This document shows, piece by piece, positions 1 to 7,560 of a stretch of DNA of 24,516 bases; the first letter of the stretch is position 1; each line of letters begins with the position of its first letter. Made by a program: the position numbers and the translations under genes. The notes under the pieces were generated by a model. It made no database searches. It was not told the DNA's origin and saw only the letters and a list, made by a program, of their open reading frames with translations. This stretch comes from Chlamydiia bacterium (GTDB taxonomy: Bacteria; Chlamydiota; Chlamydiia; Chlamydiales; JAAKFQ01), in assembly GCA_041688145.1 (NCBI GenBank), contig JBDNIV010000030.1, positions 1-24,516 on the forward strand, written 5' to 3'.

Positions 1-66
1 GCTTTAGTAGAAGGGCGGTATCAAAAGTTCCGCAAAATGGGAAAATTCACAATAGATAAAAGCTAA
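1..66 (+). CDS. accA: Acetyl-CoA carboxylase carboxyltransferase alpha subunit, 3' end (partial)
   Basis: Frame 1 reads ALVEGRYQKFRKMGKFTIDKS*, matching the AccA C-terminal L..RY.KFR.mG.F pattern. It lies directly upstream of msbA, as in chlamydiae. Confidence 0.8.
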   Translation, partial: ALVEGRYQKFRKMGKFTIDKS

Positions 67-73
67 GGCTTTC

Positions 74-1900
74 ATGCGACTTCTTTTGCGCGCAGCCCTT
101 CAGAATTCTAAGCACCTAGGGCTTCTTTTCTGTTCGGTTGCTTTCATGCTCCTTTTGAGTGTAGCAAATCTCTTTGAGATGTTTGCTTTGGCGATCCTTG
201 TTAATCGCACACCTCCAGGCTTAGAGAGTCTAGGGAAAGCCGGTGCTGCAAGTCCTGAGGCGGCTCACAAAAGCCTCGATATGGTTTCTCATGTTACAGC
301 CAAGCTCAGCAGTATATTTTCCTTATCTAATGGCTTAGAGTTTACCGTCTGGATGGTAGTCTTTATTGCCTCTTTCAAAGCGATTGTGCTTTTTTTAAGT
401 CGCTATTTCAGTCAGGTAACTGCCATTCGTATCAACCGTGATTTAAGGCTGGGCTATTTCAAACATATCCAAAAGCTCTCTTTAAGCTTTTATAGCAAAT
501 ACGATGTTGGCGCTTTATCTTCGCGTGTGGTCGCAGATTCAGAGCAGATCACACAGTCACTCAACTCAGCTTTTACTAACTACATCTTAGTCCCTTTTAC
601 TATCCTCACAACGCTTAGCGCCTGCTTCTTTATTTCTTGGAAGCTCTCTATGCTTATTTTTGTCTGTTTGCCTTTAGTCATTGCGCCTATGAGCTTTTTG
701 CTTAGACGGGTAAAAAGAAACTCGTATAAATTTTTCCGTAATCAAGAGGGCTTTACCTCAGTTTTAATCGACTTTTTGATGGGTATCCATACGATAAAGA
801 CATTTGTAGCAGAGCCTTTTTCCTTGAAAAAATACGATGAAAAAAATACAGAAATGGCCCGCTTAGAGGCTAAAACAGCCAAATATGCGCTTTTAATACG
901 CCCTTTTTTACACTTTGTGACAACAGCCTTTTTAGCGAGTGTAGTTTTTATCGGTCTCTACTTTTTTGGTATGACAGTGCCTGAGCTCGTCCTGTTTTGT
1001 GGTGCCCTTTATGTTTTTTATGAACCTGTAAAAAAGTTTGCTGAAGAAAATGCGGTTATCCAAAAAGGCGTAGTTGCTGCAGAAAGGATGTTTGAAGTCC
1101 TCAATGAAGAGCCTGAAGTAAAAGATAAAGAAGAGGCCTTAGACCTAGAAGTGTTTGAAAAAGAACTTTCTTTTGAAGATGTCTCATTTAGGTACAAAAA
1201 GCCTTGGATCTTAAGAGACTTAAGCTTTTGCGTACAAAAAGGAGAGATGCTCGCTATTGTAGGCGCTACCGGCGCGGGTAAATCAACCATAGCTCAACTG
1301 CTTCCTAGGCTTTATGATCCTCAAAAAGGGGAGATTCTTATCGATGGGACATCTATTAAAGACTACACCCAAAGCTCACTTAGAAATATTGTAGGCTATG
1401 TGCCACAAAAGCCTTTTTTCTTCATAGATACTGTTTTACAAAATATCACCCTAGGAAAGCCGCATTCTAGAGAAAAGGTGATTGAAGCTGCAAAGCTCGC
1501 TCAGGCCCATGGCTTTATTGAGAATCTGCCTGATGGGTATGATACCGTGCTGCAAGAGGGTGGCAAAAACCTCTCAGGAGGCCAGATGCAGCGCTTAGCG
1601 ATTACTCGCGCTCTTGTAAAAGGCGCTCCTATCCTCATACTCGACGAAGCTACCTCTAGCCTAGATAGCATTAGCGAAAACAAAATCAAGATAGCCCTTG
1701 AAAACTTACGGGGTAAAGTGACCCAGATCGTAATTGCCCACAGGCTAACCACTATCGAAAATGCAGATAAAATCCTTTTCTTAGAAAATGGGACCCGCCT
1801 AGCGTATGGCCCATTAGAAGAGCTTTTAAAGAGCTGTCAGCCGTTCCAAGAGATGTGGCACATGCTCACTAGTAAAAAGATGGAAACGGCTGCTGAGTGA
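74..1900 (+). CDS. msbA: ABC transporter fused permease/ATPase, MsbA-like lipid A flippase
   Basis: N-terminal multi-TM domain, Walker A GATGAGKST, signature LSGGQ, Walker B ILILDEATS, H-loop IAHRL; accA-msbA linkage. Confidence 0.85.
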   Translation: MRLLLRAALQNSKHLGLLFCSVAFMLLLSVANLFEMFALAILVNRTPPGLESLGKAGAASPEAAHKSLDMVSHVTAKLSSIFSLSNGLEFTVWMVVFIASFKAIVLFLSRYFSQVTAIRINRDLRLGYFKHIQKLSLSFYSKYDVGALSSRVVADSEQITQSLNSAFTNYILVPFTILTTLSACFFISWKLSMLIFVCLPLVIAPMSFLLRRVKRNSYKFFRNQEGFTSVLIDFLMGIHTIKTFVAEPFSLKKYDEKNTEMARLEAKTAKYALLIRPFLHFVTTAFLASVVFIGLYFFGMTVPELVLFCGALYVFYEPVKKFAEENAVIQKGVVAAERMFEVLNEEPEVKDKEEALDLEVFEKELSFEDVSFRYKKPWILRDLSFCVQKGEMLAIVGATGAGKSTIAQLLPRLYDPQKGEILIDGTSIKDYTQSSLRNIVGYVPQKPFFFIDTVLQNITLGKPHSREKVIEAAKLAQAHGFIENLPDGYDTVLQEGGKNLSGGQMQRLAITRALVKGAPILILDEATSSLDSISENKIKIALENLRGKVTQIVIAHRLTTIENADKILFLENGTRLAYGPLEELLKSCQPFQEMWHMLTSKKMETAAE

Positions 1901-2157
1901 TTATTTTTCGAGATTATAGAGCATTCTAGCTCTGCAGAATAAATCTTAAGTTGTTAAAATTAAAAGGGTTGAGTTTTAATAACAAGGTCTTTATGACTTT
2001 TCTAAGTACATTATTTTCAGCATGTTAAAACATTCATACAACAATGTCTCTAATTTATATAAACATTCAGTTTAAATTTTTTTATTTACTTTTATTTCAG
2101 TTTATTATGAAATTAGTTTGTAAATATGATAAAAACCAAACTAAAAGGATAAATAAA

Positions 2158-2586
2158 ATGGAAATTTCAAATTTTGTGCCAAAACCTCTAGTGGATGCTA
2201 TTTCACCGACATTGCCAACAAAATACGCACTTATAAGCAAGTTGGCCGAGGCTGATATGTTTACTGATGTAGATAGCTACCTAAAATCAGGAATTCAGAA
2301 ATTCGCAATTAAAAGTTTAGCGCTAGCTGCCTTAGGTGCAGGAGCTGCATTATATTTTGGTGTTCAACCTGGAGCTGCCCTGTTGTTTACAGGATCTATT
2401 GTATCATTGCCTGCAACTATGATTGCTGGTGGAACCTATCTATTAGTCCAGTCATCACTTTTATTAAAGGCAGGTCTTATGGCTAATACATTAGGCGCTG
2501 TAGTTTTAGGTTTAGGAGGTGCTTTAGGAGGCTTTTTAACTGTAAATGCCTATGATAAATTACCTTTGGGCCTACTTGCCTGGTAG
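2158..2586 (+). CDS. Small hydrophobic Gly/Ala/Leu-rich hypothetical membrane protein (Inc-like candidate)
   Basis: Start moved from 2044 to ATG 2158 (AAGGA SD at 2145-2149; the upstream extension is AT-rich intergenic DNA). The C-terminal half is a long hydrophobic stretch, and a strong terminator follows. Confidence 0.65.
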   Translation: MEISNFVPKPLVDAISPTLPTKYALISKLAEADMFTDVDSYLKSGIQKFAIKSLALAALGAGAALYFGVQPGAALLFTGSIVSLPATMIAGGTYLLVQSSLLLKAGLMANTLGAVVLGLGGALGGFLTVNAYDKLPLGLLAW

Positions 2587-2646
2587 TAGAGAGCTACAAC
2601 CACAGAAGTTACTGTGCTACATTACCTTCTGCATACGAAATCAATA

Positions 2647-2691
2647 CAAATAAAAAGGCCTTGGGTGAGGAATCCAAGGCCTTTTTATTTG
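2647..2691. terminator. Bidirectional rho-independent terminator
   Basis: Perfect 18-bp inverted repeat caaataaaaaggccttgg / ccaaggcctttttatttg with a 9-nt loop, between convergent genes. Confidence 0.9.
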
Positions 2692-2733
2692 CTTTTGTTT
2701 AGGCGGCGCAGCGCTTTTTATATAGAAAATATT

Positions 2734-3450
2734 TTAAGCCTCATCCTCTTTGGGCAAGATCCCAAGGTGCTGAAAGCTCATTTTTAGCTCTTCATTGCCG
2801 CGTTTATCAAAGACGCCATTTTCATGGAGCCAGCGGACGTAATCTTTTGGTACAGTCTCTAAAGGCTTATCCTTATGCTTGCCAAACGGCATTTGGGATA
2901 AGATCTTAGGAGCCGATAAGATTTCATAGACTTTCCACATAGGTAGATCATCAATCATCTCACTAAAGACCTTGTGTAAGACAATCACATCATCAAGGGC
3001 CCTGTGGGCTTGATTTGCTTCGATATGGTGAACTTCTCTTAAAAACTGCAGGGTATGCTTAGGAAGGTCAGGGCGGTAGCGCCTAGCCCACTTAAGTGTA
3101 TCTACAAAGACCCATTCTTCAGGAATTTCTAGCTCTATGCGCGCATAGGCTTTTTCTAAAAAAGGACGGTCAAAAGCTTCATTGTTATGAGCAATAAGGG
3201 CAGATCGGCCTTCACAAAACTCTGAAAACTCGGCAAATACTTCTTTGGCATCAGGTGCGGCATCTACCATTTCTTGAGTAATGCCATGAATGCGTGTAGC
3301 TTCTTCTGGAACAGTTGCATGAGGATTAATCAAAGAGCTAAAGCTCTTCATTGTTCCAGCATCATAGGCCGCAATTTCGATAATATGGTCTTGAGAGGAA
3401 TTAATCCCTGTTGTCTCAGTATCAAAGTAAATAGAGCGAAAATCTTTCAT
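2734..3450 (-). CDS. dnaQ: DEDDh 3'-5' exonuclease (DNA Pol III epsilon-like / ExoX-like) with C-terminal MPFGKH (DUF3820-like) domain
   Basis: ExoI YFDTETTG, ExoII AHNNEAFD, ExoIII HRALDD; C-terminal MPFGKHKDKPLETVPKDYVRWL. Confidence 0.85.
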   Translation of the reverse strand: MKDFRSIYFDTETTGINSSQDHIIEIAAYDAGTMKSFSSLINPHATVPEEATRIHGITQEMVDAAPDAKEVFAEFSEFCEGRSALIAHNNEAFDRPFLEKAYARIELEIPEEWVFVDTLKWARRYRPDLPKHTLQFLREVHHIEANQAHRALDDVIVLHKVFSEMIDDLPMWKVYEILSAPKILSQMPFGKHKDKPLETVPKDYVRWLHENGVFDKRGNEELKMSFQHLGILPKEDEA

Positions 3451-3522
3451 ACTTTAAACCATCGCCCTTCGCAAAATTTAGTGCAAGTCTATAGGATGAA
3501 GAAAAAAGGGGAAGCTTCGCTT

Positions 3523-4140
3523 ATGAGATGCTTACGAAAAGGATTTTATACATTTAGTGTAGTTATAGCTATTTGCTTGTGTATGCCTAAGCTAGCTTTA
3601 GCAGAGGTGCATGCCTTTTTTTCTAACAAAAGCTCAATTGTCCATGAGCTGATTGAGCGCATTGACCTTGAACAAAAAGAGATAGATATAGCGCTCTATG
3701 CCTTTACTCATAGAGAGGTTTTAAAAGCTTTAGATAGAGCAAAAGAGCGTGGAGTAGAGCTGAAAATTGTGCTCGATCCCATAAGCCAGTCTATGGCTAA
3801 AAAACTCGATCATTTAGGCACCCAGGTCTCAGTCTTTGATCCTACAAAGCGCCTAGGCACTTCATCGAATCAATCTTCTAATTTAAACAAAGTTTGGAAC
3901 AAAGAGCCTCTCATGCATCATAAGTTTTTCCTGTTCCATGAAAATGTAGGACAAAAATCTTGGGTCTGGACAGGCTCGTTTAACTGCACTTATTCAGCTG
4001 AGAGCTTTCATATGGAGAATGTTGTGCTTATTGATGATGTGGAGGTCTTTAACTCTTTTAAAGAGCAGTTTGATCTTATGCGCGCAAAGTACAGCCACAC
4101 TTATAAAGCTACACCTGCTAAAGCATCACACGAGGATTGA
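3523..4140 (+). CDS. Secreted single-domain phospholipase D family protein (Nuc/PLD6-like)
   Basis: IDIALYAFT, MHHKFFLF, WTGSFNCT and ENVVLI motifs. The likely start at 3523 (purine-rich SD upstream) gives signal peptide MRCLRK...ALA|EVHAFFS; 3496 is an alternative start. Confidence 0.85.
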   Translation: MRCLRKGFYTFSVVIAICLCMPKLALAEVHAFFSNKSSIVHELIERIDLEQKEIDIALYAFTHREVLKALDRAKERGVELKIVLDPISQSMAKKLDHLGTQVSVFDPTKRLGTSSNQSSNLNKVWNKEPLMHHKFFLFHENVGQKSWVWTGSFNCTYSAESFHMENVVLIDDVEVFNSFKEQFDLMRAKYSHTYKATPAKASHED

Positions 4141-4145
4141 GCCTC

Positions 4146-4174
4146 TTGCTTAGCTGAGCTTTTTATGGCATACT
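4146..4174 (+). promoter_or_regulatory. Putative sigma70/sigma66 promoter for the Cof-HAD operon
   Basis: TTGCTT-17 nt-CATACT with TG extension, in the intergenic region. Confidence 0.4.
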
Positions 4175-4243
4175 TGGGCTTTATCTAAAGGTGTGTGTGG
4201 GTTAAAAGAAGCTCACTTTTACACCATCAAAAATGGAAAAACT

Positions 4244-5104
4244 ATGCTTAAAGGTTTAATTGCTCTTGATATCGATGGCACAATAACAGACGATCCTCAC
4301 CACATTGATCCTGAGGTCTCTTCTTTTTTAAAAGAAGAGGTCTATAACAAAGGGTGGCAGGTGATGTTTCTGACTGGCAGAAGCTTTACTTTTGGCAAGC
4401 CTCCTCTAGAGATATTTGACTTTCCTTTTTATTTTGGCACTCAAAATGGGGCAGCTCTTTTTAAAATGCCTGAAAAGACGGTCATTAAAGAGCATTTTTT
4501 GTCTAAAGAGCGCTTAGTGAAGTTAGAGGCTTTAGCAAATGCTTATAACAAAAGTCTACTCGTCTACTCAGGAGAGAAGCTTGGAGATTTTTGTTACTAC
4601 CATGGCGAGCGTTTTACAGATGAAGAAAAAGAGTATTTAAAGAAACTTGCTCAGTTTTCAAAAGTGCCTTGGCAAGACTCAGGCCCTTTTGAAGAACTTA
4701 CTCAAGAAGCGTTTCCAATGCTAAAAGCTTTTGGCTCTTTTGAAGAGATGCAAGCTCTTAGCTTAGAGACTAAAAAAGACAAAAGCCTTGCCTGTACACT
4801 TGTGCATGATCCATTTAGGCGCGCTCAAAATGGCTACTACCTGCTTATCAACGATCAAAATGCTACTAAAGGCGCGATTTTAAAAGAGCTGGCTGACATC
4901 GATGAAAAAAGAGAAGGCGTACGCCCTAAAATTATCGCTGCAGGCGATGATGAAAACGACGTGTCTATGTTTAAAGTAGCAAGCACCGCAATTGTAATGG
5001 AGACAGCTCCTGATAGAGTTAAAGAGCACGGTAACATCATTGCTAAGGCTGCAAGTGAGAAAGGGATTATTGCTGCGTTAAAAAAGGCAATGGAGCATGA
5101 ATGA
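4244..5104 (+). CDS. Cof-type HAD-IIB hydrolase
   Basis: LIALDIDGT motif I, LTGR motif II, TKG and AAGDDENDVSM motifs III/IV. Start moved to ATG 4244. Confidence 0.9.
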   Translation: MLKGLIALDIDGTITDDPHHIDPEVSSFLKEEVYNKGWQVMFLTGRSFTFGKPPLEIFDFPFYFGTQNGAALFKMPEKTVIKEHFLSKERLVKLEALANAYNKSLLVYSGEKLGDFCYYHGERFTDEEKEYLKKLAQFSKVPWQDSGPFEELTQEAFPMLKAFGSFEEMQALSLETKKDKSLACTLVHDPFRRAQNGYYLLINDQNATKGAILKELADIDEKREGVRPKIIAAGDDENDVSMFKVASTAIVMETAPDRVKEHGNIIAKAASEKGIIAALKKAMEHE

Positions 5105-5604
5105 GTGAGGAAATACAAGATTTTCTAGAAATTCCCTTTGAAGAGGGGACCCTTTATCTAGGCGCTCTTTGTGCTGAGAATAATATCAAGCCTATCCATA
5201 TGGCTCTTCCTGAAGGGTGCGTTTTACAGATTACCTTAGGCCCTTTTGAGGGCGGTGTGCGCTTAAGTGACCGGGTTTTTGCCCCCCTTTTTATGACAGA
5301 TAAAGGCCTTAAATGTGAAGTTGAGGAGGCGCGAGTAACCCAGTTTCACTTAGGTGAGACGCTTAAGCTCAGAGGCTCAAGCTTTTCTCCAGAGGCAAAA
5401 AAGCCTTTTGGCTATGAAGTCACTTTTCTTCTTAAGGAAGGCTCAGCTAGATTTGTAGGGCGCATTGCTGTTGGCAACCGAGATGATCCTAAGGGCAAAA
5501 TCAAAGAGGTTACAAGAGGGCTTGATCGTATGATCTTTTTAGAAGCGTTAGAGCCTTTTGAAAAAGCTGTCCTCCAGCTAGAGATCAAAGCAATTAAAGC
5601 TTAA
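5101..5604 (+). CDS. Hypothetical protein
   Basis: 167-aa ORF coupled to the HAD gene by an ATGA overlap. No motif recognised. Confidence 0.7.
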   Translation: MSEEIQDFLEIPFEEGTLYLGALCAENNIKPIHMALPEGCVLQITLGPFEGGVRLSDRVFAPLFMTDKGLKCEVEEARVTQFHLGETLKLRGSSFSPEAKKPFGYEVTFLLKEGSARFVGRIAVGNRDDPKGKIKEVTRGLDRMIFLEALEPFEKAVLQLEIKAIKA

Positions 5605-6515
5605 ACAGTCTGCTCTTCAGGAGAAAACGAGACGCTATCGACTGCGACTCCCATTGCATGCATACCGTTATCGACATAGAGCGTAGCTCCTGTGACTGCT
5701 GAAGCCATAGGAGAAAGAAGGAAAAGCGCAGCTTGTCCAACTTCATCAGCTTCTAGGTCTTTAGCAAGGGGGCTGTTAGCTTTAGAGTAAGCGACCATGC
5801 GGTCTATTAAGCCAATGGCTCTTGCTGCTCTACTACGCAAAGGGCCTGCAGATACAGTGTTAACGCGTACGCCCCATTTGCGTCCTGCTTCATATGCGAG
5901 AGTTTGCGTGTCAGACTCTAAAGCAGCTTTAGCTGAACTCATCCCACCGCCATAACCAGGAATCACACGCTCAGAAGCTATATAAGTTAAAGAGACAGCA
6001 GCCCCGCCTTTAGTCATAATAGAGCCAAAGTGCTTGATGCAAGAGATCAGAGAGTAGGCTGAAGCGCTAAAAGCTGCGAGGTACCCATTTCTAGAAGTTT
6101 CTAAAAGATCGTTTTTTACTTCAGGAGCATTTGCTAAGCTATGCACAAAGAAATCAATCTCGCCAAAGTCGCCTTTAACAAGTTCAGCTACTTCTGAAAT
6201 TGTGTAGTTGCTCACACCCGCATAGCGTTTGTTCTCTTGAATTTCTTGAGGCACATCATCCAAAGTATCAAAAGCTGCATCCATAGGGTAGACCTTTGAA
6301 ATCTCAAGCATGCCGCCATTAGGCAGCTTGCGAGATTCATCGAACTTTCCATTAGCAAGTGATGTTGTAAAAATCTTATAGACAGGAGGCCAGGTCCCCA
6401 CAATGATTTCAGCCCCGCAGCTTGCAAGTGCTTTTGCAATTGCCCATCCGTAGCCTGCGTCATCACCGATACCTGCAATGAAAGCTTTTTTACCTTTAAG
6501 ATTTAAAGAATTCAT
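5601..6515 (-). CDS. fabI: Enoyl-ACP reductase (NADH), chlamydial/plant type
   Basis: [54 protein letters not shown] and [14 protein letters not shown] motifs. Confidence 0.97.
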   Translation of the reverse strand: MNSLNLKGKKAFIAGIGDDAGYGWAIAKALASCGAEIIVGTWPPVYKIFTTSLANGKFDESRKLPNGGMLEISKVYPMDAAFDTLDDVPQEIQENKRYAGVSNYTISEVAELVKGDFGEIDFFVHSLANAPEVKNDLLETSRNGYLAAFSASAYSLISCIKHFGSIMTKGGAAVSLTYIASERVIPGYGGGMSSAKAALESDTQTLAYEAGRKWGVRVNTVSAGPLRSRAARAIGLIDRMVAYSKANSPLAKDLEADEVGQAALFLLSPMASAVTGATLYVDNGMHAMGVAVDSVSFSPEEQTV

Positions 6516-6588
6516 AACTTTTTCCTAAGAATTAAAAATTTAAGTATCCCTAAATATACCATTTTCGGTTATTAAGAAAAAGAGATTT

Positions 6589-6618
6589 GTAGCGGCCTTG
6601 GGGAAGGCTAACCGCTAC
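6589..6618 (+). promoter_or_regulatory. GC-rich stem-loop in the leader of the 62-aa ORF
   Basis: gtagcg/cgctac outer stem plus gcctt/aaggc inner stem within an AT-rich intergenic region. Confidence 0.4.
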
Positions 6619-6652
6619 TTGTTTATGACATCAAAATGGAGGTTCTAGTCTT

Positions 6653-6841
6653 ATGGAAGACTCACGTAAAGATATTCAAGAAAATAGTGATATGGGCTTT
6701 TGGCCAACAGGAGCCAAGCGTTCTTTTACCGCATCTGGGTGGAGAAAGTTTCAAGCAAAAATCAGAAAGCGCGCTGAAGGCGAAAGTTCTTCTGAGGTGC
6801 TAGAAGTTTCTTTAGGGGATGAGGTCTGCTCAGAAGAGTAG
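6653..6841 (+). CDS. Small hypothetical protein (62 aa)
   Basis: GGAGG SD at 6638-6642, ATG start, flanked by two hairpins. No recognisable domain. Confidence 0.45.
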   Translation: MEDSRKDIQENSDMGFWPTGAKRSFTASGWRKFQAKIRKRAEGESSSEVLEVSLGDEVCSEE

Positions 6842-6859
6842 GTTTTTATTATTCAATCT

Positions 6860-6898
6860 GCACCAAATCGATGAAACCTTGATTTGGTGTTGGTTTTT
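6860..6898 (+). terminator. Possible terminator hairpin
   Basis: gcaccaaatcga / ttgatttggtgt stem (two G-U pairs) followed by tggttttt. Confidence 0.45.
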
Positions 6899-6952
6899 CG
6901 TCCTTTATATTGCACACTAAAAATAGAAAATAAAATTTAGCGTGCACCTTTT

Positions 6953-7432
6953 ATGAAGCCTTCTTTTTGTATAGTTCCTTATAACTCTGAAGATCTAGAA
7001 GCTTGCTTAAAGCTTTTTCATGACACAGTTCATAGTGTTAACAGCAAGGATTATAATAAAGAGCAGCTTGACGCCTGGGCTCCTGAAGATTTAGAGAAAA
7101 ACAAATCTAGATGGCAAGAGCACTTAGAAAAAGGCATATGCTTTGTAGCTAAGCTAAACTCTCATCTTGTAGGTTTTGCAGATATGACAGACTCAGGGCA
7201 CTTGCATGGGTTATATGTCCATAAGGACTTTCAAGGCCAGGGGATTGCTTCCAAGCTTTTAGATGCAATCGAAAAGGCAGCTAAAAAGCTGGGCCTTAAA
7301 GCGCTCTCTACTGAAGGCAGTATAACAGCCTATCCCTTCTTTCAGAAAAAAGGTTCTATCGTAGATAAAAAGCAGGAAAAAGAGCTTAGAGGCGTTCTAT
7401 TCATAAACTACGTCATGCATAAAACGCTGTAG
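6953..7432 (+). CDS. GNAT family N-acetyltransferase (YafP-like)
   Basis: DYNKEQLDAWAP, LVGFAD, LYVHKDFQGQGIASKLL (motif A), SITAYPFFQKKG. Confidence 0.9.
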   Translation: MKPSFCIVPYNSEDLEACLKLFHDTVHSVNSKDYNKEQLDAWAPEDLEKNKSRWQEHLEKGICFVAKLNSHLVGFADMTDSGHLHGLYVHKDFQGQGIASKLLDAIEKAAKKLGLKALSTEGSITAYPFFQKKGSIVDKKQEKELRGVLFINYVMHKTL

Positions 7433-7560
7433 CTTTTCTTGGTATAGCCTAAAAATTTTACAGGTTCATTTTAGGCTAGCTCTAATTATAGCTCAGCTGT
7501 TATCTTCTTTGCTTAAGAAAACAAATATTCACAATCATCGAAGCAAAAAAGGATTTTCAC

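Noticed and set aside
1018..1752. Antisense ORFs 1018-1290 and 1501-1752
   Set aside because: Shadows of msbA with no independent motifs.
2044..2157. Upstream extension of the 180-aa ORF
   Set aside because: Very AT-rich, intergenic-like sequence; ATG 2158 has an SD.
3274..3522. N-terminal extension of the PLD ORF in the ORF track
   Set aside because: Overlaps dnaQ on the opposite strand; a later start gives an SD and a clean signal peptide.
6953..7432. Link between this GNAT and the module GNAT through the shared FFQKKG
   Set aside because: This is a generic GNAT C-terminal motif; the rest of the proteins differ and this one is an ordinary YafP-like enzyme.
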